The notes beneath the pieces were generated by a model. That model did not search any database, was not told the origin of the DNA, and was given only the letters and a program-made list of their open reading frames with translations. From NCBI GenBank assembly GCA_034667945.1, contig JAXDQG010000535.1, forward strand, positions 1 through 27,519: DNA of 27,519 nucleotides, read 5' to 3'. The position numbers and the translations under genes were made by a program. Shown here piece after piece: positions 1 to 8,043 of the stretch; position 1 is the first letter of the stretch, and the number at the start of each line of letters is the position of its first letter. Origin of the DNA: Acidimicrobiia bacterium (GTDB lineage Bacteria; Actinomycetota; Acidimicrobiia; Acidimicrobiales; CAIXPF01).

Positions 1-1516
1 CGTTGGGCTCGACGTCCTGGCTGCCGTTGGGCTCGACGTCCTGGCTGTCGTTGGGCTGGGCGTCTTGGCGGCGATAGCCCTCGGCCCCGCCTTCGGCGGC
101 CGGCTCAGGGTGTGGTTCCAGCTCGGACGACGGGATGTCGCCCGTCTCAGCCACCGCCGCTAAGGGTGTCCGCTCATCCGGGGTCGGCTCATCCGGGGTC
201 GGCTCATCCGGTGTCGGCGCTTCCGGGGGCGCCGCGTCACCGACCGGCTCGGCCCCCGCCGGCTCGGCCCCAACCGGCTCATCCGTTGTGGGCTCGGCCG
301 CCGTCAGCTCTTCCTCGGTCGGCTCCACCGCGTCGCTCACGGGGCTGCCGTTGTGTGCCGCCTCACTGGCGTCGCCGTTGGCCGCGTACTCGCGCGTGAG
401 CTCTTCCTCGGTGCTGGGTGCGTCCTGGCGGTTGTCGACCAGCGCAGCCGCCGCGTCGGAAGGACCTGCCGCCGGCTCGGCCCCGGGCGCCGGTGTCGAT
501 TCCACTCCTGCCGCGCCGTTTGCCCAGCTGTCGCTCTCGGCCCGCTGCCCTTCGGCAGGCTCGGTCCCACGGGGTTGCGCGCCGGCGCGAGCTGCGTCGT
601 CGATGAGGACTCGCAGGCTGACCACGTGGAAGCCTTCCTCGACCCGGCTGAGCCGTAGCCGACCCGGCCGCTCGATGGCGTCGACGAGATCGGAGACGCC
701 GGCGAAACCCAACTCACGCAGCGAGCTCGGGAAATGCGCACGCAGCAGATCGCCGACTTCACGCAGACCCAACCCTTGCAGGCCGCGTTCGGCAGCCGCT
801 CGAACCTCGGACTCGACGAAGTCGACAACTTGGTCTCGCTCGGGCAGGTCGGCCCCGGACTCGAGCGAGCGACGATCCGCCGCACTGGCTCGGGACCCCG
901 CGGGCGCCCGATCTGGCGCTGGCGGAAAGGGGTCGAACCAACGGCCGCCGGACGGTAGGTCGAACAGGTTCGTGCGGGGGAGCGGCCGCTCGAAGGCACC
1001 GGGGATGTCTTCCATGTCCACGAACATGATCTCCGGGCTCGAATGGGCGAAGGTGTCCTTCTCGCGATAGCCGAGGACCAGCACCGGCACGCCCGCCTTG
1101 GCGTAGCGGCGCAGTGGACCGGCGAAGGCCTTGGCGTCGTGCGAGGCCACCACCAGCTCGACCAGCGGGCCGTGCGTGAAGCGCCGCTCGATGTGACGGG
1201 CGATATCAGGATCGACATCGTCTGTCTTCGTGCGCTTCGGCTTGGCGAAGACGGCAAAGCCCATGTGCCGCAGGCTCACGACCCAGGGGGTCATGGTGGC
1301 CTCGTAGCCGGGGGGCACGTTGCAGAAGACGCAAGCCTCGATGACGTCGCCGGGATGGGCCCGCTCGGCCAGCCACGCGTAGACCGCCGCCAGGTTCGGC
1401 CGACTGCTCGTGGAGGCGCGGGAGCCGATGACCTCCGACAAGCACATGTCCATGTTTGGGGCGTCCCAAGCCAGAAGTCGCCGCCCGCCGTTGCCGCGCT
1501 CCATCGCCCGCCTCAT
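1..1516 (-). CDS. NYN (PIN-like/LabA-type) domain protein with an OST-HTH/LOTUS-like domain and long acidic low-complexity C-terminal tail; 3' end beyond the window
   Basis: Not in the ORF track because there is no stop before the edge. Translated by hand from ATG 1516 (alternative 1504): RRLLAWDAPNMDMCLSEVIG...GFAVFAKPKRTKTDDVDPDI...ELVVASHDAKAF...VLVLGYRE...LPRTNLFDLP (actinobacterial NYN pattern), then LGLREVGDLLRAHFPSSLRELGFAGVSDLVDAI (OST-HTH-like), then a Glu/Asp/Pro/Ala-rich tail open to base 2. Confidence 0.85.
   Translation of the reverse strand, partial: MRRAMERGNGGRRLLAWDAPNMDMCLSEVIGSRASTSSRPNLAAVYAWLAERAHPGDVIEACVFCNVPPGYEATMTPWVVSLRHMGFAVFAKPKRTKTDDVDPDIARHIERRFTHGPLVELVVASHDAKAFAGPLRRYAKAGVPVLVLGYREKDTFAHSSPEIMFVDMEDIPGAFERPLPRTNLFDLPSGGRWFDPFPPAPDRAPAGSRASAADRRSLESGADLPERDQVVDFVESEVRAAAERGLQGLGLREVGDLLRAHFPSSLRELGFAGVSDLVDAIERPGRLRLSRVEEGFHVVSLRVLIDDAARAGAQPRGTEPAEGQRAESDSWANGAAGVESTPAPGAEPAAGPSDAAAALVDNRQDAPSTEEELTREYAANGDASEAAHNGSPVSDAVEPTEEELTAAEPTTDEPVGAEPAGAEPVGDAAPPEAPTPDEPTPDEPTPDERTPLAAVAETGDIPSSELEPHPEPAAEGGAEGYRRQDAQPNDSQDVEPNGSQDVEPN
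2..73. repeat. 24-bp tandem repeat in the NYN tail (encodes [G/D]SQDVEPN units)
   Basis: gttgggctcgacgtcctggctg(c/t)c at 2-25 and 26-49, degenerate third copy at 50-73. Confidence 0.85.
174..218. repeat. 15-bp tandem repeat x3 in the NYN tail (PTPDE units)
   Basis: tcatccggggtcggc at 174-188 and 189-203; tcatccggtgtcggc at 204-218. Confidence 0.9.
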
Positions 1517-1687
1517 GCCCCGTACATCGCCGTATCACATGCTATCGGTGGTCGGTGAGAGCCCAGATGACAGCCGTGTGACGGTGTCTCGGCGTGCCGG
1601 CACGCTGTGGGCTCAGCAATGCACGGGCCGTGACAACAGGTCGCCCGCGACTGTTGTCCTCAGGCCAACGCCGGAAAAATTCGTGGC

Positions 1688-2572
1688 TCAGCTGTAGCGG
1701 CGAACCCGGCCGCGTCGACGTGCCGACGGCAGCCAGAAGGCGATCACCAAGAGGGCGATGGTGAGCCAGGCGATCCAAGCAGTCGCCAGCCGGGAGGGCC
1801 GGAGCTCGATACCGATCTGTGAATGCTGGCCGGGAAGCTCGACGGCGATCAGCACGGTGTTGACGTCTTGCGTCTGACGCGGCATCTCGATCGCAGCCGC
1901 CAATTGGTTCGGCACGACGGCTATGACCGAACCGGTCAACTTCGGCGTCGTGTCGCGAGTGGTGGTCGGTGTCGTCTCGCTCGAACGCGGTTGCTGCGGG
2001 GCCGCCGAGGTCGCCGTGGTCGTCGTCGACGCCGGGGGATGCGTGGTCGGCACCTCCGTAGCGGTCGCGATGGTCTGCGGTGGGGCCGCCGTCGTGGTCG
2101 TGGTCGGCGCCGTCGTCGTTGTGGTGGTCGTCTGCTTGACGGTCGTGCTGGTCGTGGTGGTCGTGCCCGGCGGGCTGTTCCCCACTGCTCCCAACGAGTC
2201 CGGACCCGGCGTGGACGTTGTCGGCGACGGCACCGAACCGGTGGAGGGCGGCGCCGTGCTCGGCGTCGTGCCGGGCGGCGTCGTGTCCGGCGGCGTGGTG
2301 CTGCTGGTGGTTGGCGTGCTCGCCGGCGGGGCGGTCGTGCCCGGCTCATTCGCCCCGGCGACGCCGAAGGAGCCGCCCGCCGTGGTGGGGGTTGGCGCCG
2401 CCGTGGTCGTGGGCGCCGGGCTGGTGGCCGCCGTAGTGGTGCTGCCGACCTGCGCGGTGGCCAGCTTGACCGGCGAGAGGGCGAGAGCCCCGCAGGCCAA
2501 CGTGATCCCACCCAGTGCGAACAAGGCACGTCGGGTGGACTGTCGGCAATGGGCGGTGGTCTTCGACCTCAA
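1688..2572 (-). CDS. Secreted/membrane-anchored Thr/Pro/Ser-rich protein (signal peptide, mucin-like stalk, C-terminal TM helix with basic tail)
   Basis: N-terminal hydrophobic segment (RRALFALGGITLACGALAL), ~180 aa T/P/S-rich stretch, C-terminal AWIAWLTIALLVIAFWL followed by RRRGRVRR. TTG 2572 follows GGAGAG; the ORF track extends the frame to 2644. Confidence 0.75.
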   Translation of the reverse strand: MRSKTTAHCRQSTRRALFALGGITLACGALALSPVKLATAQVGSTTTAATSPAPTTTAAPTPTTAGGSFGVAGANEPGTTAPPASTPTTSSTTPPDTTPPGTTPSTAPPSTGSVPSPTTSTPGPDSLGAVGNSPPGTTTTTSTTVKQTTTTTTTAPTTTTTAAPPQTIATATEVPTTHPPASTTTTATSAAPQQPRSSETTPTTTRDTTPKLTGSVIAVVPNQLAAAIEMPRQTQDVNTVLIAVELPGQHSQIGIELRPSRLATAWIAWLTIALLVIAFWLPSARRRGRVRRYS

Positions 2573-2801
2573 AAGCTCTCCCAGGTCGGCGGTCCCGGGG
2601 AACCGTAACTGCGGGAGCGACCGGCGGTTCCCCGCTGGACGCAATGTTTGAGTTTCAAGTCAATGACAGCACCGAGACAGACCCGACGCCAGAACAGAAG
2701 GATAGGCAAACGTGCCCAAATCTCCACGGTGTGTGGTCACCGTTGTCCGCCGCTGAGCTCTCCCGAGTGCCGCCACGGGACGAGTGTGGTGAACACTAGC
2801 A

Positions 2802-4550
2802 GTGATGTCTCCGCCGCAGTGGTATGAATCGGCCGACGTTGCCGCGACCTTCTGCGCCACCCTGGTGGACGAATGGGTGCGGGCCGGCCTGACCGACGTG
2901 GTGGTCGCCCCTGGGTCCAGGAGCACGCCGCTGACCTTGGCGGTGGCAGCGGAACACCGCCGGCTGACCAGCCATGTCGTGCTCGACGAGCGATCAGCCG
3001 GTTTCATGGCGCTCGGCCTCGGCCTGGCGTCGGGGCGCCCCGCGGTCGTGGTCACGACCAGTGGAACGGCCGCCGCCGAGCTCCATGCCGCCGTCGCCGA
3101 AGCCCACCACGCCCGGGTGCCGCTCATCGTGTGCACCGCCGACCGCCCACCCGAGTTGCAGCACGTCGGCGCCCCACAGACGATCGACCAGACCCGCCTC
3201 TACGGCGGTGCAGTCCGGTTCTTCGCCGATCCGGGCGTGGCGGCAGCCGACGCTTCGGGTAGCTGGCGGTCGCTGGCCGGCCGGGCGTGGTCGGCGGCCA
3301 CGGGCATCTCGCCGGGCCCGGTACAGCTCAATCTGCCCTTCCGCGAGCCGTTGGTGGGCAGGGCGGGTCCTTTGCCGCCGGGCCGACCGGATGGCGCGCC
3401 TTGGCATCGCCGCCTGGTCGCCCACGCCCAGCTCGATGAGGCTGCCGCAGCCGGCCAGCGCGTCCACTGGGCCGGACGCCGTGGCGTCATCATCGCCGGT
3501 GCTGGCGTGGACGAAGCGGCTGCAGTGCTCGCCCTCGCCGTCCAGTTGGGCTGGCCCGTGCTGGCCGATCCTCGTTCGGGCTGCCGGCTCTACCACGACA
3601 CGGTGGTCAGTCAGGCCGACGGCTTTTTGCGTAGCGCTCTCCTGGCTGACCGCCTTCGTCCCGAGGTGGTGCTGCGCTTCGGCGACCCGCTGGCCTCGAA
3701 GGTGATCGGTCAGTGGCTGGCGGGTTCGGGCGCGGAGACCACCGTTGTCGACCCCACGGCGGCCTTCGCCGACCCCGACCGGCAGGCAGCCGTGCTCATT
3801 CCGGCACCAGCGGGCAACACGTGCCGAGCGCTGTGCGCCGCCGGTCAAGCCGGTCAGGCGGCTGCGCCGGATTGGCTGGCCCGCTGGCAACAGGCGGATC
3901 GAGCGGCCGGCGCTGCCCTCGACGAGTGGGTGGCGAGCACGCGTGAGGCCACCGAGCCCGGCGTCGCCCGGACCCTGATGGCGTCGGTGGAGGCCGGAGC
4001 CACCGTGGTGGTGTCGTCATCCATGCCGGTGCGGGACGTCGAATGGTATGCGCCGCCCCGCTCCGACGTGCGGGTTCTGGCCAACCGCGGGGCCAACGGC
4101 ATCGATGGCGTGGTGTCCACGGCCGTAGGCGTGGCGCTCAGCGGAGCGCCGACCTGGCTGCTCATCGGCGACCTGGCCCTCCTGCACGACAGCAATGGCC
4201 TGTTGGCGCAGACGCAGCGGTCGGTCAGACTGCGCATCGTCGTGGTCGACAACGGCGGCGGCGGGATCTTCTCGTTCCTGCCGCAGGCCGGCGCGCTCGA
4301 GAGCCAACGGTTCGAGCGCTTCTACGGTACGCCTCAACCCGTGTCGATCCCGCAACTGCTGGCCACCCACGGCATCACGAGCCGCACGGCCCGTACCGCG
4401 GACGAGGTCGCAAAAGGCCTGGCCGAGCTGGCCGAATCGACAGCCCCGGTGGAGGCGCTGGTGGTATCAACCGATCGGGCCGCCAATGTCGAGCACCACG
4501 AGACGGTCCATCGCCGCATGGTCGCGGCCGCGGAGGCGGTCCTGGCCTGA
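2802..4550 (+). CDS. menD: SEPHCHC synthase (ThDP-dependent, menaquinone biosynthesis)
   Basis: APGSRSTPL, LDERSAGF, TTSGTAAAE, ANRGANGIDG, IGDLALLHD, DNGGGGIF motifs; start GTG 2802 or ATG 2805. Confidence 0.95.
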   Translation: MMSPPQWYESADVAATFCATLVDEWVRAGLTDVVVAPGSRSTPLTLAVAAEHRRLTSHVVLDERSAGFMALGLGLASGRPAVVVTTSGTAAAELHAAVAEAHHARVPLIVCTADRPPELQHVGAPQTIDQTRLYGGAVRFFADPGVAAADASGSWRSLAGRAWSAATGISPGPVQLNLPFREPLVGRAGPLPPGRPDGAPWHRRLVAHAQLDEAAAAGQRVHWAGRRGVIIAGAGVDEAAAVLALAVQLGWPVLADPRSGCRLYHDTVVSQADGFLRSALLADRLRPEVVLRFGDPLASKVIGQWLAGSGAETTVVDPTAAFADPDRQAAVLIPAPAGNTCRALCAAGQAGQAAAPDWLARWQQADRAAGAALDEWVASTREATEPGVARTLMASVEAGATVVVSSSMPVRDVEWYAPPRSDVRVLANRGANGIDGVVSTAVGVALSGAPTWLLIGDLALLHDSNGLLAQTQRSVRLRIVVVDNGGGGIFSFLPQAGALESQRFERFYGTPQPVSIPQLLATHGITSRTARTADEVAKGLAELAESTAPVEALVVSTDRAANVEHHETVHRRMVAAAEAVLA

Positions 4551-4585
4551 GCCGCCACGGCTCGTGGCCGCACCGGCCGCACAGC

Positions 4586-5737
4586 TCAGTGCTGGTCGTC
4601 GCCCAGGCTGTTGGGAGGGGAGACCCGACCCGGTCTCGGCGGCAGCTCGGGCGCATCGGGCGGTGGGTTGAGCGGGCTGGCCTGCACGCCGGCCAGGAGA
4701 TCGTCCAGCGCGCCGACCGATGGGGGAGGCGGCGGCGGAGGAGGGAGCTCGATGGTTGCGCCATCTTCGTCGCTGGGTGGTGTCAGGGGGGTGCCGAACA
4801 GCCCGGTCGTCAGTGGGCTGGGTGGCGGCTCGGAGTGGATGCCGCCCCTGTCCTCATTCTCCGAGGCTCCGTCCGGTGTGGTCTCGGCATCTTCTGCCCC
4901 GTACGTGGTCGTCGCCTCGGCGGACGCGTAGTCGCCCAGCGTCGAGGTGGAGGTGTAGTCGCTACCGCTCGAGATGGGCGAGAATGCAGGCGGCGGATAG
5001 ACCACATCCGCACTGCTCCGCGACGCCCACGAGGGAGAAAGGCCCGAGCTATCCGGTGCAGGCGGCGGGGCCGGACGCTCCGACGATGGCGAGCCCACCG
5101 TACGCGAGCGATGGCGCGACGGCTTGCGCAGCGGCGGGAGGGCCACGCCTGCTTCGGGCAGGTCATAGAGGTTGGTGCGGGGCAGGGGGATGGCGAAGAC
5201 GCCCTCGACCGTCTCGAGGTCGACGAAGCCGACCACCGAGCTCTCGGCTGCATACTGGGCGCGCTCGCGGAAGCCGAGGACCGTCACGGGCGTGCCTCGT
5301 CCAGCCACCTGGTCCAGATAGGTCCGCAGGCCGTGGGCATCGTGGGAGGCGACGAGCAGTTCGGTGACGTCGCCTTCGGCGATCGCCTTGTCGACGTAGG
5401 CCTGCACTGAACTGGTCAGCGAGGCTCCTGAGGTGCTCGGGGCACCCGCGCCGCCCGAGGTGCTCGGGGCCGGGCGCACGACGACCGCGAACCCCTGGTT
5501 GCGGATATCGGTGACGTGCTGCGCGGCCTGTGCTTCCTGACCGGGTTCGATCGCCGTGAAGAGGCAGGCCTCCGCACCCTCGCCCTCCTGACAGCGCTCG
5601 GACAGCCAGAGGAACACGGCTTCGAGATCGGCATCAGGCTCGGTCTGCGGCTGACTGACCAGGACCGAGGCCAGCGAGGCCTTCACATCGGGGTCGTCCC
5701 AGACCAGAAGCCGGATGTGTGCGGACTCGTTCGGCAT
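4586..5737 (-). CDS. Second, divergent NYN-domain paralog with Pro/Ser-rich disordered tail
   Basis: RLLVWDDPDV, GFAVVVRP, ELLVASHD, VTVLGFRE, LPRTNLYDLP align motif-by-motif with the gene at <1-1516. ATG 5737 follows GAGGGAG; the track uses GTG 5749. Confidence 0.8.
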   Translation of the reverse strand: MPNESAHIRLLVWDDPDVKASLASVLVSQPQTEPDADLEAVFLWLSERCQEGEGAEACLFTAIEPGQEAQAAQHVTDIRNQGFAVVVRPAPSTSGGAGAPSTSGASLTSSVQAYVDKAIAEGDVTELLVASHDAHGLRTYLDQVAGRGTPVTVLGFRERAQYAAESSVVGFVDLETVEGVFAIPLPRTNLYDLPEAGVALPPLRKPSRHRSRTVGSPSSERPAPPPAPDSSGLSPSWASRSSADVVYPPPAFSPISSGSDYTSTSTLGDYASAEATTTYGAEDAETTPDGASENEDRGGIHSEPPPSPLTTGLFGTPLTPPSDEDGATIELPPPPPPPPSVGALDDLLAGVQASPLNPPPDAPELPPRPGRVSPPNSLGDDQH

Positions 5738-5953
5738 GTGCTCCCTCACCGGACGCCAGGAGAATTCGCGCTGGAGAACCTTGTTTCAGGATAGGTAGGC
5801 AAACGGCCGAACAAACCTGACGGTGTTCGCCATTGGCGCAGGTCAGAACTTCAGCCTGCACTGGTGGCGCGCCCGCCCGGGGCGAGCCCGCACATCCAGC
5901 CAGTCGGCATTTCGGCTGCTCAGCGTGGCAAGAGAGCTACACAGGGCAGCTCG

Positions 5954-7192
5954 TCAGGGCCGGATCAAGGCGCCCAACATGGCCTGGAACTTGGCCTGCG
6001 TCTCGGCGAACTCCGCCTGTGGGTCGGAGTCGGCCACGACGCCCACACCGGCGTAGACCCGCGCCCGGGCGCCGTGCAGCTCTGCCGAACGAATCCCTAC
6101 GGCGAACTCGCCGTTCCCCGCGGCATCGATCCAGCCCACCGGGCCGGCATAACGGCCCCGGCCGTGAGGCTCCAATCGGGCGATGAGCTTCAGCGCCTCG
6201 CTCCGCGGGTCACCGCCCACGGCTGGGGTCGGGTGCAGCGCGGCCACCAGCTCGAGGACCGACGGCAGCGGTCGGGACAGGCGCCCCTCGACCAGCGTGG
6301 CCAGATGCTGGACGTTCGCCACGGCGACCACCTCGGGCTGTGCCAGGGCGTCGAGGTAGGAGCAGAAGGGGAGCAAGGCGGTCTCGACCTCGTCGATGGT
6401 GACCTGGTGCTCGGTGCGATCCTTTTCGGAGGCCAGGAGGCCGGCCGCCAGGCGGGCGTCGGCGGCCGGATCGCCCAGCCGCGGCGCCGTCCCGGCCATG
6501 GGCTGGGCCCGCACGATGTCCCCCTGCCGAGCCACCAACAGCTCGGGGCTGGCGCCCACGAAGCCGTCCACGCCAAAGCGGAGGCAGGTGGGATAGGTGC
6601 CTCGCAGCCTCCGAAGTACCACCGTCTGGTCGAGCTCGACATCGGCCTCGACGTCGACGACCCGGGCCAGGACCACCTTGCGCAGCCGCCCGGCTCGGAC
6701 CTCGTCGCGCCCGGCTTCGACGCACTTCATCCAGTGCTCGGGCCGGTCGGCAGTCCGGACATAGTAACAGGTCGGCTGCGGCCAGGGGCGTGAGCCGTCG
6801 ACGAGCTGCGGCGGCGTGGCGGGCAAGCTCTCGGCGTCGCCCACGACGGTGGCCCAACGGGCTCCGTCAGCCGAGCGTCTGACCTGCAGGGCGGGTACGA
6901 CGACCGTGCCTTCATGGTCGGGATCGAAGGGCAGCGCGGTGAGCGCGAGGGGACCGGGGGCACCGGGCTCGCCCTCGATCGTCATGGCCGAGAGCACCTC
7001 GGCCAGCTTCCGGGCGGTAGCCGCTCGTCCGCTCACCCCTCCGGCCACGACGAGGCGCACGGCCTCCCCCCGCCCGGCCAGCGAAAGTCCCGCGCTCTCC
7101 CAGATCTGTCCCTCCGGACCGGCCACGGCCAAGAGGTCGACCTCGCCGTCGAGGCGCCAGGTGCGGGCCACGAGCGGCCGCTCGGCCGTCAC
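5954..7192 (-). CDS. menF: Isochorismate synthase
   Basis: KVVLAR, GASPELL, AGT, KDRTEHQ, VQHL, LHPTPAVGG, GRYAGPVGW, FAVGIRS, AGVGVV, ETQAK chorismate-binding motifs; GTG start overlaps the menG stop (GTGA); near menD. Confidence 0.88.
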   Translation of the reverse strand: MTAERPLVARTWRLDGEVDLLAVAGPEGQIWESAGLSLAGRGEAVRLVVAGGVSGRAATARKLAEVLSAMTIEGEPGAPGPLALTALPFDPDHEGTVVVPALQVRRSADGARWATVVGDAESLPATPPQLVDGSRPWPQPTCYYVRTADRPEHWMKCVEAGRDEVRAGRLRKVVLARVVDVEADVELDQTVVLRRLRGTYPTCLRFGVDGFVGASPELLVARQGDIVRAQPMAGTAPRLGDPAADARLAAGLLASEKDRTEHQVTIDEVETALLPFCSYLDALAQPEVVAVANVQHLATLVEGRLSRPLPSVLELVAALHPTPAVGGDPRSEALKLIARLEPHGRGRYAGPVGWIDAAGNGEFAVGIRSAELHGARARVYAGVGVVADSDPQAEFAETQAKFQAMLGALIRP

Positions 7193-7908
7193 GCGACCGC
7201 CCTATCGGACCGGGTGCCCACGATCAGCTGGGCCACCCCGAGCGTGAGCAGCTGGCGGTCGACCAGGTCGAAGCCCGCGTCGGCGAAGCACCGGAGCAGC
7301 TCGGCCGCCGGTGGCAGATACGCCACCGAGTCGGGCAGGTAGCGGTACGCGGCGGGATCCGACAGCCGTCCGCCCACCCAGGGCACTACCCGTCCGAAGT
7401 AGACGTGGTGTCCCCAGCGGAGCAGCGACTGGCGCGGCTCGGCCACCTCCAGCAGGGCCATCCGGCCGCCCGGCCGCAGCACTCGGGCGCACTCCTCGGC
7501 GAACGCCCGCAGCTCGACGACGTTGCGAAGCGCGAACCCGCAGGTGATGCCGTCCATGCTGGCGCCCCGGACAGGAAGTTGGAGTGCGTCGCCGTGGACG
7601 AGCGGTGCGCTTGTCCGGGCATGCACCAACATCCCCCAGGACACGTCCAGTCCGACGGGCCGATGGCCCGCAGACGCCAGCTCACGACACAGGTCGCCTG
7701 TCCCGCAGGCCAGATCGAGCACGCGGGAGCGGGGCGCCAACCCGAGGCTCGCCACCGTGCGGCGCCGCCAACGGACGTCGAGCCGGAACGTCATGATCCG
7801 ATTGACGAGGTCGTAGCGCGGTGCGATGCGGTCGAACATGTCCCGCACCGCCACGGCCTTGGCCTCGCCGGTGGGCAGCGACGGCTCGCTCGTTCGGGGT
7901 CGGCGCAC
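7189..7908 (-). CDS. menG: Demethylmenaquinone methyltransferase (UbiE/MenG family)
   Basis: MFDRIAPRYDLVNRIMT, VLDLACGTGD SAM motif, FALRNV, RVLRPGG, YRYLPDSV. Confidence 0.9.
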   Translation of the reverse strand: MRRPRTSEPSLPTGEAKAVAVRDMFDRIAPRYDLVNRIMTFRLDVRWRRRTVASLGLAPRSRVLDLACGTGDLCRELASAGHRPVGLDVSWGMLVHARTSAPLVHGDALQLPVRGASMDGITCGFALRNVVELRAFAEECARVLRPGGRMALLEVAEPRQSLLRWGHHVYFGRVVPWVGGRLSDPAAYRYLPDSVAYLPPAAELLRCFADAGFDLVDRQLLTLGVAQLIVGTRSDRAVA

Positions 7909-7914
7909 GAGCCG

Positions 7915-7920
7915 ATCGTA
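7915..7920 (-). promoter_or_regulatory. -10 element (TACGAT) of a probable leaderless menG-menF transcript
   Basis: TANNNT hexamer 6 nt upstream of GTG 7908; no SD. Confidence 0.6.
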
Positions 7921-7985
7921 GGACCCTGCTCCCTGCCCGAGCGGTCTCCGGGCCCGTTGGCCCGCAGGATCCCTTCCGGCTGATC

Positions 7986-8039
7986 GCGGCCAAGGCGGTC
8001 AAGGCGGCCAAGGCGGTCAAGGCGGTCAAGGCGGCCACG
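7986..8039. repeat. Intergenic 9-bp tandem repeat x6 (gcggYcaag)
   Basis: gcggccaag/gcggtcaag units from 7986, last unit gcggccacg, between the acyl-CoA synthetase stop and the menG promoter. Confidence 0.9.
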
Positions 8040-8043
8040 GGCC

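Noticed and set aside
135-1257. Track ORFs 135..1070 (+) and 337..1257 (-)
   Set aside because: Shadow frames of the real NYN gene, which lies in another minus frame.
1513-1527. Mini-ORF MYGA* overlapping the NYN start codon
   Set aside because: Four codons with no SD; likely by chance.
1688-1860. Possible sortase (LPxTG) anchor
   Set aside because: TM helix and basic tail are present but there is no LPxTG-like motif before the helix.
1823-2651. Val/Gly-rich 1923..2651 (+) and Arg-rich 1823..2608 (+) ORFs
   Set aside because: Antisense reflections of the Thr/Pro-rich gene.
2646-2665. TTGAGTTTCAA dyad resembling an HspR HAIR site
   Set aside because: Only one half-site; spacing does not fit CTTGAGT-N7-ACTCAAG.
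7986-8039. CRISPR-like array (also considered for 23426-23509 and the 15290-15821 motif)
   Set aside because: No unique spacers of CRISPR length between identical repeats, and no cas genes.
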